A program made the position numbers and the translations under genes. The notes under the pieces were generated by a model. It saw nothing but the letters and a program-made list of their open reading frames with translations. It ran no database searches and was not told where the DNA came from. Shown one piece after another: positions 1 to 11,920 of a stretch of 58,835 nucleotides of DNA. Each line of letters begins with the position of its first letter. Position 1 is the stretch's first letter. Source of the DNA: Chromera velia (lineage: Eukaryota); NCBI GenBank assembly GCA_018398765.1, contig JAHBMJ010000038.1:1-58835 (forward strand), in the 5' to 3' direction.

Positions 1-33
<33 letters not shown>

Positions 34-108
34 GAAGAGAGAGACAAAGAGAGAGACGAAGAGAGAGAGAGCGAAACCGGGGGAGAGAGAGACCCCTTCT
101 CTCTCTCC
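1..108. repeat. (AG)n microsatellite
   Basis: Directly visible AG runs with GAC/GAA interruptions. Confidence 0.9.
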
Positions 109-601
109 TAGCTTCCGTTCCAGTGGCACGTCTAATGGATCTTTGTCTATAAAATTAAGAGCAATGAAATAATGGTCGTTGATCTTCAAATGGATGAACT
201 CAACGCAGTGAACGTACTTTGAAGATTGAGACATAATAAATGAAACCATAGTAGCATAGTCAACGTTAAGGAGCCATTGGGAGTCATTTGTTGATTGAGT
301 CTTAAAAGTTTGCATTGAGGTTTTTTTAATGATAACAAGTTATAAAATTTGTTGATGAATTTGTTTATAGATTAGTCTAGGCCGACCTGTAAATTTCAGA
401 TATATTATAAACTTTTTTTCAGGTTTTTATATAAAAAATATAAAAGATAGTTAAGAACATGTAAGGAAATTAACTATGTTACGGATTTAGTTAGGTTGTT
501 AGTTAGTTAGAGGATGCCTAACCCTACTTGGAGCGCTAAGTTCCCAGGCAGCACATACATGCATGGTTGTTGTTTGTTAAGTCGCCGGTGGAGTTGATCA
601 G

Positions 602-1600
602 TTAATCACTTTCTAGAATAAGGAGACAGGTACTAAAGAGACAGACCGGATGCGAGCGTAGAAGCGATTGAATGATATTACGGATGAAGAGTTCAGATAT
701 ACTTGCAACGGGGAGTGGATAGTTACAATCATTTAAATTAATGGATTCTAGCTTAACCAGGCAGTGCAGGAATTCTCTTTCATCCAGCCACTTGGTACAT
801 GAAGAAAGTCTATGCATGAAGTCATCAACATACCGAATACAAGAATCATGTACATAGAGTTTGTGGTCGCTACATTCAACAGACAGAGCACTGCTTTCGC
901 CTTGAGGGTTAAATGAAAGCAGACGTAAGAAACTGAACAGAGAGCTGTCGGTTACTGTGAGAGCAGATCGAGGGAGGGCAGAAAAGGAGTAGAGACCAGA
1001 GGCAGATTTGTTGTAAATAAGAAACACAAACATGCGATAAGAGGAGGGAAAAGCTTGTTGAAGGGGGGTGAGCTTGGCAAGAGGAGGGAAATATGAAGAA
1101 GCGATAGCCCCTGCCCGCCGCGTACAGACTTCTTCCACAACTGCATGTCTAGCTCTACCCTTAAAAAAGAGAGAGCCAGTGCTTTGAACTCTCCGTCGCT
1201 GCTGCCCGCTGGTGCCAGGGTGTTGCGGCACTCCCACCCCCAATGAACAAACAAAATCGAGACCAGCCCAACGAAGCAGCCGCAAGGAGGCTCTCGAAAA
1301 CTCTGGACAAGTGTTTCCCTTCTAGGCACGCAGCATTGCAGCAGAAACGGTGTGCATGGTTTGCGAGAGCGAGCACCACCAGTCGGCCACTCTAGAGCAA
1401 AGCAGGGCTTTTGCAAGAAGCAGGCCAAAAATACACAGGGAGAGCAAACGAAGACTGCGAGCAGACAGACGGCCAGACAAGCGTTTCTAGAAATGATATA
1501 AAAAATCTGTTTCATATTAATTCTTTTTCTATCGTTACAACGACTTCTTATACAAATTTTTAGCTTCTAACTCCTTACCAATTATGAGAATGAGTTTTTT
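602..1600 (-). pseudogene. Possible decayed retroelement coding remnant (gag- or RT-like)
   Basis: The minus-strand frame is protein-like (KLYVHDSCIRYVDDFMHRLSSCTKWLDEREFLHCLVK), intronless, and sits in AT/TA-rich flanks. A TGGTAAGGAG PBS-like word lies on the minus strand near 1570-1580. The family assignment is weak inference. Confidence 0.25.
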
Positions 1601-2964
1601 GCGGAAAAGCGCCGGTCTCCTATGCAGAGGGGGGGGCAAAAAGCACCCCACTCGCCCCCGGCATGCGTTGCTATTTATGTCAGGGCGGACAGACTGGATG
1701 GTCTAATATCTGTGCGCTTCTGTGCTACGTGTATTGCTCTTTGTTGGCATATACATAAACTGTTTCTTTCTATGCGTTGATGCAGTTATCCTTTCTCTCT
1801 GTCTGCCGAATTTGTGAGGGCTCCCACCATGATAATAAGAAGGGTTGCACTTCTTCCTCGCTTCCATCCCTACTTCTTCTCTCCGTGTTGGCCTATCCTG
1901 GGGGGAGGAGTCAAAGAATGAGAGAAGGGCGAGACAAGTTTCTTTCTTTCATTCCTTCCTTCCTTTATATCTTTATTCGTACTTTCCGTTCTCCCTTCTT
2001 TTCTCTTCCTCGCTTCCAAGAGTCGTTTACATCATTTCCTTTCCATTCTTCGTTTAGTGACACCCTTCGTTAGTTTTTATAACGTGATTAGCCAATTTCG
2101 CATGCGATTGCCCTAGCTCCTTTTCTCTTAAATTTTCTGTTTGTTAGTTCCTTTACTCAATCGCGTTTATTCTCTCTGACCTTCTCTTATATTTTTTTCA
2201 CTTAATCGCGATCTCTTGCTCTTCATCGAATGGTCTCCCTTGCCACAAACCTCCATATACGTATGCAAGGTGGGGTGGGTATGCATGAGTTCCCTCTATG
2301 ACCTCCCGTATCTGGAGGCTCTGTTAACAGGTGGCTACAATCCCTGTCATGGGTTGCTATATCTCTCCACCTCTGACCAATGATCTCTTTTTCTGCATGC
2401 ACATCTCTCTTCTCTGATTCGGAATCTCTTGACTGCACTTTCCCTCGAACGTGACCATCCCTTTCCAACTCCTTTTCCTCAGCATCATGCGTTGTTGCCA
2501 TCACGAAATTGCCTTACAAAAATGCCTCTTGGCATCTCTTTTTCTTTTCTCACTCATTAGGGTTCGTTCATTCATCGTCGTCTTGTTATTGCTTCTGGCT
2601 TCCGCCAAGAAAAAGAAAAAAATGAAAAAAGAAGCTGTGTTGCATGCCGCCGTGGTTGTAGAACATACATGCGGTCTACATTCTCGCTTTGCCGGGCCAG
2701 GATTCATATCTGGGACCGCGCCAGGCGTTTAACTCATCCGTCCTCAACGTATTGCGTTCATCCGCTTCATCCAATACGTTTGATAAATCAACTGGATTGA
2801 CGTTTTTTGTCTGGCTTTCGTTCTAATCCTCTATCTAACAATCCTTGGACTCTGAATGACGGCCGAGCCCCGGGTGCACCTCTATACTGTCTTTATATCT
2901 GTTTAGTATCATCATTATAGTACACAACAATGGTGCATTGTTGCATAATATTATAGTGAATGCA

Positions 2965-3033
2965 TACAGACTGCCCTTTGGCCTTGGGATATGATGGCTG
3001 GCGGGTTTAGTCACATCATCATCATCATCATCA
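2965..3033 (+). repeat. Dispersed repeat ending in a (CAT)n tail, SINE/LINE 3'-end-like (copy 1)
   Basis: cagactgccctttggccttgggatatgatggctggcgggtttagtca matches the reverse complement of ~25070-25118 and is followed by (CAT)n. Confidence 0.6.
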
Positions 3034-5521
3034 GTGTACCTTTTATATTGATTGATTGATTGATTGTATACTAAACCTATTCAACCTAAATTATATAGTA
3101 TGTCTTAGGATCTTGTTGGTCTTGACTCTACTAAGTTTGATAGAACTTGAACACCGGGCCCCTCCGGCCCCAGTGCTCCACAGGCTCCGCGAAAGCCCTA
3201 GGTGCACAAGAAAATCTCTGCCCCCTCCCCTCCTGGTATAAGAGAAAATATGAGCCCACCATTATTGTATCTAACTATGATTCTAACATGTAATATAGTG
3301 GTCCCAAGGGGCAAAATGTGTGACATTTAATTAATCTATTCTAATCTGCTCGCACAGAGCTCTCCATCTAGAGGGCATTTGCACGACTTTTATTTCAAAA
3401 TTGATTTAGACGCGGTCATTAGGGCTGTGTTGAGCGCTTTCTCTGTTATCAGGCGCCTTCACTGCCTAAAAGGAACAATGCTACCAGTCAGAGTTGCGCA
3501 GCTCTGATACTGCTCTAGAGACTTACATCAAAGGATAACAGTTTGAGCTTTTGTCTTCATAGAAACATAACCTGCTTATGTAAAGAGGCTGCTCATTCAA
3601 CTTCTTCTAGCAAACAACTCTCAGGCTTTCTGTTGGTCTGCTTGTATATGTTAGATTGATTGCATGCATTTTATTGCATCAGTCTGCACGAAATAGACTG
3701 ATGCACACGATATACATGGTATGTGCGCGAACTTGTTTGTGGTTGTCGTCTGGCGCAAATTCCTTGAGTAGCGTGGCGGCGCGCACCACTTCGATATGGC
3801 GGTGCCAAAGTCTACAACCTCTTTCTACTCAAATCATATCTACTGTCTTTCTGTTTGTAATGTACTCTCTAAGTTAAAGACTCTTTCTGAAGTATGGGAA
3901 AGTAAGCACAACAGGCCGCACGTCCGATACCGCCGAGCAGTCTTAATTGCAAGCAAAAACGAGCTTGACTCGAATTAGTACTTCGGAATTACTATTAATT
4001 AGTACAAACAATTACAAACACCTAATTGGAAACTGAAAAAACGCAATTTTTTAAAGATTGAATCTAAGATTGAAATGATGTATCAAAATGAATTAATTAA
4101 AGTGGTAAATCAAGTGGTAAAAACCGGTGAACAGACGTCCAGGGCTTTAACCTAGCCTTTAACGAATATTCTAACCGAGATCTAGAACCTAGATTCTAAC
4201 TATAACCCATATAATACTCTCTCTGTAAGCGAATTAATGAAAGATATGAATAAGAAACTATTATATAGATCAAAACCTAGATTTGCATTTTATTCAAAAA
4301 AAAAAACAAAGAGCAAAATGATCGTTTGAAGCTTCAGCGCCCCCCTTCGCGACTCTGCGGCTGGCTGAAGGTTCGACGATACGGCCAGCTGGGCTCGCTG
4401 CATGCATGCGGGCAAGCGGGCCCAGCTGTGGATCCTCGAGGGGACTTCAACGCAGCGTCTGACAAAACAGAGTGGCGAAACACCGTGAGTGAAAAGGGAC
4501 ATTCGAGAGGCTCAATAGCGATCCGATCAATTGCCTGTCTTCGTCAATTGAGTGTCTATCAAAAAAGATTGACAGCAGTACGTAGAGAAGGGATAGGAGG
4601 AAGAATCACCGAAGATAGGTAGGCAGGATAGGAGGGCAGATGCTGTCATGCACTCAGTCAGGAAATCAAGTCGGGACCGAAAGGGATGGTCAAGCAAGCA
4701 TGCGAAGTTAGGTGATCGACAGTTAGTTACTTAGTTAGGCAAGGGAGGCGACAGCATGAGCGCTCAAATCACTGCCACCCGAGAGTATCTGTCTGTCGTG
4801 TTCTGTCGTGTCAAGAACGATCGAGGAAACTGTGTTGACCTCAGCGAAACCGAGAAGAAAAGAAAGAAAAAGCAGACTGCAGTACAGCAGAGATGTGCAT
4901 CTCAAACAGCGCTGTACGAGCGTTTGTGTTCTATCTCAACAGTCCGTCAGTACAAGCAATCAAGTCGTCACACTTACACACACACACTGCCACTCACTGA
5001 CGCAACACGGCACTCACGCAACGCCATTCAAGCAAGTTATTAAAATGTCCACAAACGAACGCACACACAAACGAGAAGAACAAAAAAGCTGGACTCATGC
5101 GTGCAGTTCACTCACACAAACGGGACACGCAACATGAAGGGACACACACAAAAACGCATGCGGACACAGGGAGGGCGGCAGAATCTGTCTGTCTCGCCAT
5201 GTCCGTCCATTAGGACTTCTTAGGACTTCTCCTTTCCTTTCTTTTCCTTGCGATGTTTGTTTCTACTCAATTAACTCAAAAAACGTTTTTCCCTTCCCCA
5301 CTCCCCGCCCTCTCTCGAAAAAGGTGCATCGATTTGAACAGGACTCCACCAGCCAAAGTTAACCAGCAACCAAGTGGCATCACCAAACAGACAGACGCTA
5401 CAGGGTGGGGTGGCATGGTGCCGATCCAGGTTCACGATTCTCTCTCACAAGCACACATTGATCTATATATGCAGCATCCATCCTGCAGTATATATGTGTG
5501 GGTGCATGTGTCTCCACACAA

Positions 5522-7108
5522 TTAGAACAGATGCTTCTTCTCCAACTGGTGAACTCGTCTCCACATGAACACCGCGAAGGATGCGACGATGACGAGCACG
5601 AGAAGGAAAAGCATCTGACTGTAGGAGTGCTGCCTCCGAATTGTTCTCTCCATGATGGCTGCGTGCTGCTTGAGAGCGCGAACCTGTCCCTCCGCTGCTG
5701 CGCCAGCAGATCCCGACTTTGTCTTCAGAGAGGAGGCAATCCTCTGCACAGTTTGCTTGTGGTTCTCATTGTGGTGGTTGAAGTGTGCGCGCATGCCGTC
5801 CATCTGCACACACGACGAAGTTTTCATTCAGAAAAGGTGAATGGGAGTGCCGAGACTCGTTCGTTAAAGAAGGGAGTAGAATTCGTCATCGCACACACGC
5901 TGTCAATAGGTCTCCTCCGACACGACACAGCCAGGCTCTGCGAATCGACTTAAGTGAGACCAGCAGTCCTCGACCCCTGCTGAAAGAACAAGAAAGTCCA
6001 AAGGCCAACGAAGAACAAAAAGGGAAAAGAAAGATGAAACCATGAATTCCTCAGAAAACCTTTAAAAAGAAAAAAACACCGACCTACCTCAAACTTCATC
6101 TGTTCCAGCATTGCAGATCCCTTCCCCCCATTGGACGCCTGCATGTGCCCAGACACTTCCTTAGAGAGAGTAGACACCCTCCCGCTGAGGTCACGCACTC
6201 TCTGGGAGAGCTTGGCGAGCTGGGCAAGCTGCTCCCTCTCTCTGGGTGCCAGCTGCTCGACGTGGTGGGAAAGAAGGGTTGTCAGCTGGCGGACCTGCAT
6301 GTACACACACAGAGAGAGAGAGAGAGGGCCATGTGGGGTGGAGGTCGTAGCAAGAAAGTCAGCACCTTGCATGCGTTAATTCTTTCCGAATGCGGATGCT
6401 TCGATGGATCGACCACAAGGCCTGCCTGCATGGGGTTGGAAGGTTCCTTTTATGCTTAATTTTCTCTTCCGCTCTCCCTCTCTTTTTCATGTTTTCGTTG
6501 ATTGATTCTCGCCTTGGTGTCTTATTTCTGGACACAAACATTCCGCCCCCCATTCCTCCTTTTCCCTCCCTCCACAAGAAGAACCCCTGTACCTACCCCC
6601 TCCCATCTGCCTGTTGCCTCCTCCTTCCTTCCTTCCTTCCTTCCTTTCTCTTCCTCAACCGACCTGCTCGATCTGCTCTGCGTGGTTCTTCGTGGCGTGC
6701 TCCAAGAGCTCTCTTGCCTTCTTCACGTCCTCCGTGTCGGTCTGTGAGTTTGCCTCTCCTGCCTTCCTCATGTCCAGGTTGAACACAGAAAGGCCCTTGA
6801 TCATCACTGCGTCAGCCTTCTTCCCGGGGGACCCGGCCTCAGGCCCAGTGTAAGCAGAGAACCCAACAAACACATCCCCCTTCACCCTCTCCTTGACGTG
6901 GAAGACCTCAGTCCACCTCACATCGTTGGCTGCCTTAATCTGTCCGATCATTCCGTTGGGTCCTGTGGCCATGCGGAAGATCATCGTGCCTCTGTTGCGC
7001 CAGTCGAAGGAGGTGCCTGTCGAAGAGAGGTTCGAAGGGTACGCAGACACACCGTTGTTCTGCGCCATAGAGACCTGGGGGTTCAGCTGCAGCAGACACA
7101 AAGAAGGA

Positions 7109-7160
<52 letters not shown>

Positions 7161-7383
7161 GAGAAAAAACAATCAAAGCGACTGTGGACTGCATTGTATC
7201 ACTGACACTGACTTTCTCCTGAAATCATTAACCTTCTGGAAAGAGCTAGAAAAAGAGTCTGGCAGGCAGCAGGGAGAGCTAGACACAGAAAAAGACAAAG
7301 ACTGCGTTTTCCTCTAAATGGTGTCGTTTCGCATGCAACGGAATTTCGGGTCAACCCCAGAAGAAGAGCAAACGAGAAATGCT

Positions 7384-7422
<39 letters not shown>

Positions 7423-7496
7423 CCGTACACACAGACACACGCACACCCTTACACTCACGCACAGAGAGACCAAGAACGAGAAAGAGACAGAGAGAA

Positions 7497-7533
<37 letters not shown>

Positions 7534-9606
7534 GAGCAAAACGACGGCCCAAGAATCCACAGACGCAGATAAACGAAAGAGAACCCAGGAAGAAAAAAAA
7601 CATGAAGAGAGGATGACGAAGATCCGTTTCCCTTTCACAGCAACGCAGGCAGAGGTCGAGCCATGCACTTCCCGCTTTCCTCGGGAGGGGTAAAAAACGA
7701 ATGGAGGAAACACAGGAACGGTACGAGTTGATTTGTCTCTCGATACATGCATCAAAACAAGACGAATGCAAGCAAACTGTGGGTCACCGACTGACTCTCT
7801 TGTAGCTGTCGAAGGTTGAGAAGAAGATACCGGTTCCCTTGAAGTTTCTCTGCAGAGACAGAGACAGGCACAGAGACGCACACGCAAGATAGCAGATGAG
7901 AGGAAAAGCGAGAGAAAGGCCAGAAAGCGCTGATGAACGAATGCGGCTGGAGAGCAAGGTAGACCCAACAGAAAGCTTCAGGATGGGTGCATGAGCACAA
8001 TGACTGAGTGAATGTGTCTTGAAATTGATAGCTCGGCCAGGGGGGCGTGGGACAAGTTGGAGACGACAGGGCAGGTAGTGGAAGGACGTTCAGGAGTGGG
8101 GAAAGGGGAAAAGGGGGGAGGAGGGGAAGGGAGGCGAATACGCAGACAAAGCACAAGGACCTGCATCCGACCGTGAAGCAAGAAGGAGGCGGAAAAAAGA
8201 AAGCAGGAACAGGAAGGCAGAAAGAAAGAACAGGAAGGAAAAGGGCGATCACCCAGGTTGGGAGTCCTGTCACGGAGAGAGACGAGGGTGACAGCAAGCA
8301 AGGAAATGGCAGGCAGGCAGGCAGGCACTGCGGGAAGGCAGTCTGTTGGGACGTCAAGGAAGGAATTCAGCCAATTGACGCACGACAACGAAACTAGGGG
8401 GAAAAGGAGGGGGGGACAGAATCGGTCAGAAAGCCAGCTGCTCCCTTACACGGCGACAGGAGAGGAGAGGAGAAAAGGCTAAAAGGTGTTGGCACTCATC
8501 GAAAGGAAAGGAAACGAAAGGAAAGAGAATGATGGGAGGAGAGAAACCGAATAAACCTCGTTGTGAAATGGACAGAAGCTCGAAGGAGATAGATAGATAG
8601 AGAGAGAGGCATTTTCGGGGAGGATCTTTCACTGATGCACTTAGTCGTTGGCCGGCGCTCTGGCTTAATTCCTTCCTTGACGTCCCAACAGACTAATCGA
8701 CGCACGCAAGGACGCATCCTAGTAGTTCGCCCCCTCCATTTCATACCTGCCACCTCTCTTTGCAGACTTCCATTTCATACCTGCCACCTCTCTTTGCAGA
8801 CTTCGTTCGAGCGAAACCATCCCTCTGACAGCTCTTCTCCGTGCTCTACCACTTTGTAAGGACACACATGATCTTCTCCCCTGACGGGTGACCGCCAAGG
8901 GTCGTCTACCTCAGGCAGACGCCTGGACACCGACCCTCCTCCCCTCACCCTCCGAGAGGACCCCCTTCGCCCCAAAGCCCCCCGCGTCTACATCCAGTGA
9001 TGCTCTCCACAAGCCAACAGTGGGTTAGATACTTCAGCCAGAGCCAACACTAAGATACCCTTCTGCAATGCACATGCATCACTGACCTTGTAGCCGTAGA
9101 GGTTCCACGTCTCCTTAGTCTGGTCTCTGGGATCGAAGGGCTCCTCAGAGAACCAGAGGGCGAAACCGTCAGACTTCGTCAGCTGGGGTCCCTTCACCTC
9201 AAACTCAACGTTCAACTCCCAGTTGGCGGTCGTCAAGGGCTGCTTGTGCCTGCGGAGGGGTGAGCAGTTTTAGCTTGAAGCAACAGTAAACGAGACAGAA
9301 GTGGATCATGCACGATCAACGAGAGCCTATTTTGAACACTGCACCACGGTGTATCAGCTAACCAAGGCTTCCCTTCTCCACTGACCAGAAGTGTCCTGTG
9401 CGTTCTGCCACCTGCGGACTCAGGATGATGTGCTTCTGTGCTGGTACTGCTGCTTGCGTGAGTGTCCACAAATCGAGGGTGTTATCAAAGTTCAGAGGGG
9501 AGTTAAAGGAGTGGTCCATCAACTGAAATCTGTCAACGCGGGGCTTCTCCGAAGCGGCACTGGCGGCCAGTGCCGAAACGGAGCAGAGAGTAAGAAGGCG
9601 GAACAT
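5522..9606 (-). CDS. ERGIC-53/EMP47/VIP36-like L-type lectin cargo receptor (~449 aa, 6 exons)
   Basis: Exons 9606-9386, 9249-9087, 7849-7796, 7086-6664, 6294-6088 and 5803-5522 join in frame with GT-AG boundaries. The product has a signal peptide, legume-lectin motifs (SDGFALWF, FKGTGIFFSTFD, FVGFSAYTG), a coiled coil, a C-terminal TM helix and a KKHLF dilysine-type tail. Confidence 0.9.
8341..8693. mobile_element. Intronic foldback/MITE-like element with 33-bp terminal inverted repeats
   Basis: 8341-8373 (gtctgttgggacgtcaaggaaggaattcagcca) matches the reverse complement of 8661-8693 at 32/33 positions. The flanks are CA and TA. Confidence 0.65.
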
Positions 9607-10234
9607 GTTGCTTCAAAGATCCTCCACACAAATGTAAGTCAGGAAACTGAAGCACGAAAGGTCCAAAAAGGGCCTCTGCTCTACCTCCACCAAGAAAGCC
9701 GCGAAATGACGAACGCACACACACAGTATACACAGATAATATGAGCGAAAAGTGCACTAATAGCGTCTTCATAAGAAGGTCGCTTCCACAACCAGGGAGA
9801 AGAAAACTTACCCGATTCTTTCACAATTTGTTCGCAACAACCGAATTCGGTGAGCACCGACTTATAATTGCCGGGGCCGCGCCGCCGCGGAACCGGCCGG
9901 CCGGGCCCGGCCCCCGGTCCGCAAAGTGAAGTGAGATATTTTGATATTTCAGCTTCGGCCTCTGCGCGGGCGCGCCTCGCGCGCACTGAGACTTTGTGGC
10001 GCGTTTCCGCGAACCCAAACCCTGCATGTTGCATGCACGTTGAAAATGCAACACCCACGCAACACTGTACGTTTGTCCACCTCCTTCCAAGTTTTGTCAA
10101 CCCTTCTCCTCCATACTTCATCTCACACTGTAATAATATACAGTTGACCTGCTTTATTTTACATCTGCGGGCTGTTTGAACTGCGTACAAGGGGCTTCTC
10201 TGTCCAACTTCAGTAAAACAACTGTTGCGCAACG

Positions 10235-10459
10235 ATGTTCTCTTGTGACAAGAAGTGCACTCCGAGCCAGAAGAAGGCTTTTGCTGTTGGAGCAGCAAAG
10301 GGTGCAGCTGGAGCAGCAAAGGGTGCCAAGATTGCTGGGCCCGCCGGTGCTGTTGTGAAGGGCATAGTTGACGCTGTGAAGGGGTACACCTCCAGCATGA
10401 CCGCCCAGAGCATTTACTGCAAGAAGAAGAATGACTACTGCGCGAACAAGAAGAAGTAA
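10235..10459 (+). CDS. Small (74 aa) cationic Gly/Ala-rich glycine-zipper protein with terminal Cys pairs
   Basis: ATG-to-TAA intronless ORF with non-random composition: CDKKC, then GAAKGAAGAAKGAKIAGPAGAVVKGIVDAVKG, then YCKKKNDYC. It is divergent from the lectin gene, and a TGCATGCA motif lies upstream at ~10030. Confidence 0.6.
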   Translation: MFSCDKKCTPSQKKAFAVGAAKGAAGAAKGAKIAGPAGAVVKGIVDAVKGYTSSMTAQSIYCKKKNDYCANKKK

Positions 10460-11920
10460 ATGCCACTGTTGCCTCTGAAAATGACTTGTACGTCAAGTGA
10501 CATGAAGTAGTAGCTGGTGTAAAGCCTCTATGGGGTATCAACTTTCGCGACATCGAAGGTCTGATGATTGCATGTTCTTGCGTGCGTTCCATTGCCTCAA
10601 GCAACAACATGCGTTCGAGGTCCATTGCAAGGTACACGCACACGCATGCACATCTAGAGTGTGCGTGACCCGATGGCACCCTGGCAACCAACTTCTTACG
10701 TGACTACGCGATGTCTGATGTTTCAAGGAGCCTTTGATGTTCACAAATGAATATAGGGGCAGGAGGAATCGACTTTCTGTGTGCATAGTTTCTGCATGCA
10801 CGTGAATTTCCTGATCATTGATTACCATGGTTGCATAAAATGGAATCTCGCGACGTGGGAAGTCATGCAAGTGGTCGCAGCTTCAGATTGACTATCATCC
10901 ATGTGCAAAGCAGGTTCACTATGCACCGGTTTTTTGCGCCTTGTTACGACTCTTGTAATGTTTTGCTTCATCACTTGTTGCGTCAATTGCCTTATCAGAA
11001 CTTGCGAACATATGATGTGGAGGGGAGTCTGTATCCTTGCATGAGTGTCTTGTCCGCACGTGTGTACATGGAACCACTGAAAGATGGTGTGAAAAGACGT
11101 TGAAATCTAGCATGATCATCATGATACCATCATGACAGCTAGCGCAAAGCATTAATGACTGATTTTCAGTGATTGATCTATCTCAACTTCATTGAGCATT
11201 GGAGCAACCGCAAGTGACATATTTCGTATCTCTAGTATCTTATTTTATAACGCTCATCTTAATTATATAGTATTACTAGTAATCATTTAGTCGATAATTC
11301 GTAGCATTGAAAACTGAAACAAAAACTAAATAGTGTTATACTGAATAGTTTTATAACTTATAGTTTATTAGATCGATCGACTGACATAATTCACCATCAA
11401 TAATAATTCTATCATAAAATCAATAACTTTCATGATATATATGGACGTAGTCTTAATTTAGTTTAGATTTTTTATCTGCTTGTATCTAGTCCTATCTTGA
11501 TTCATCTACTAGCTATACATAAAAAAAGACGTTTTTTTTTAAAAAAAAATTTTGTTAAATTAACTCAGAATTCTAGATTGAATTAGATGAGTTAGCTAGT
11601 TAGTTAAATGCATCCCCCACCACCACCGTGACCAACCCCCAAAGATCTCATACATTATTATATATAATCTACCTAGTGATCACGTGACCCACGTCCAGTT
11701 CGTGTTACGAACTTCGTGATTTGAATGACAGCAGCAGACACTTTCAGAACTGGAAGTCAGGTGTATCTATTTAGATTGCATTGTGTCCAATCCCGTTCAG
11801 CAAAGAAAGGTGTCTTTTGTTTCACAGCTAGATCAAAACATTCAGTTTGTGTGTAAGTAAAGTGCATTTGCACAGTAGAGGTACAGAAAGCAAAACATTT
11901 GCGGATTGCTCTCTTTCCTC

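Noticed and set aside
8736..8803. Small tandem duplications (also ~5211-5230, ~21797-21889, ~41137-41160)
   Set aside because: Ordinary local slippage duplications with no further structure.
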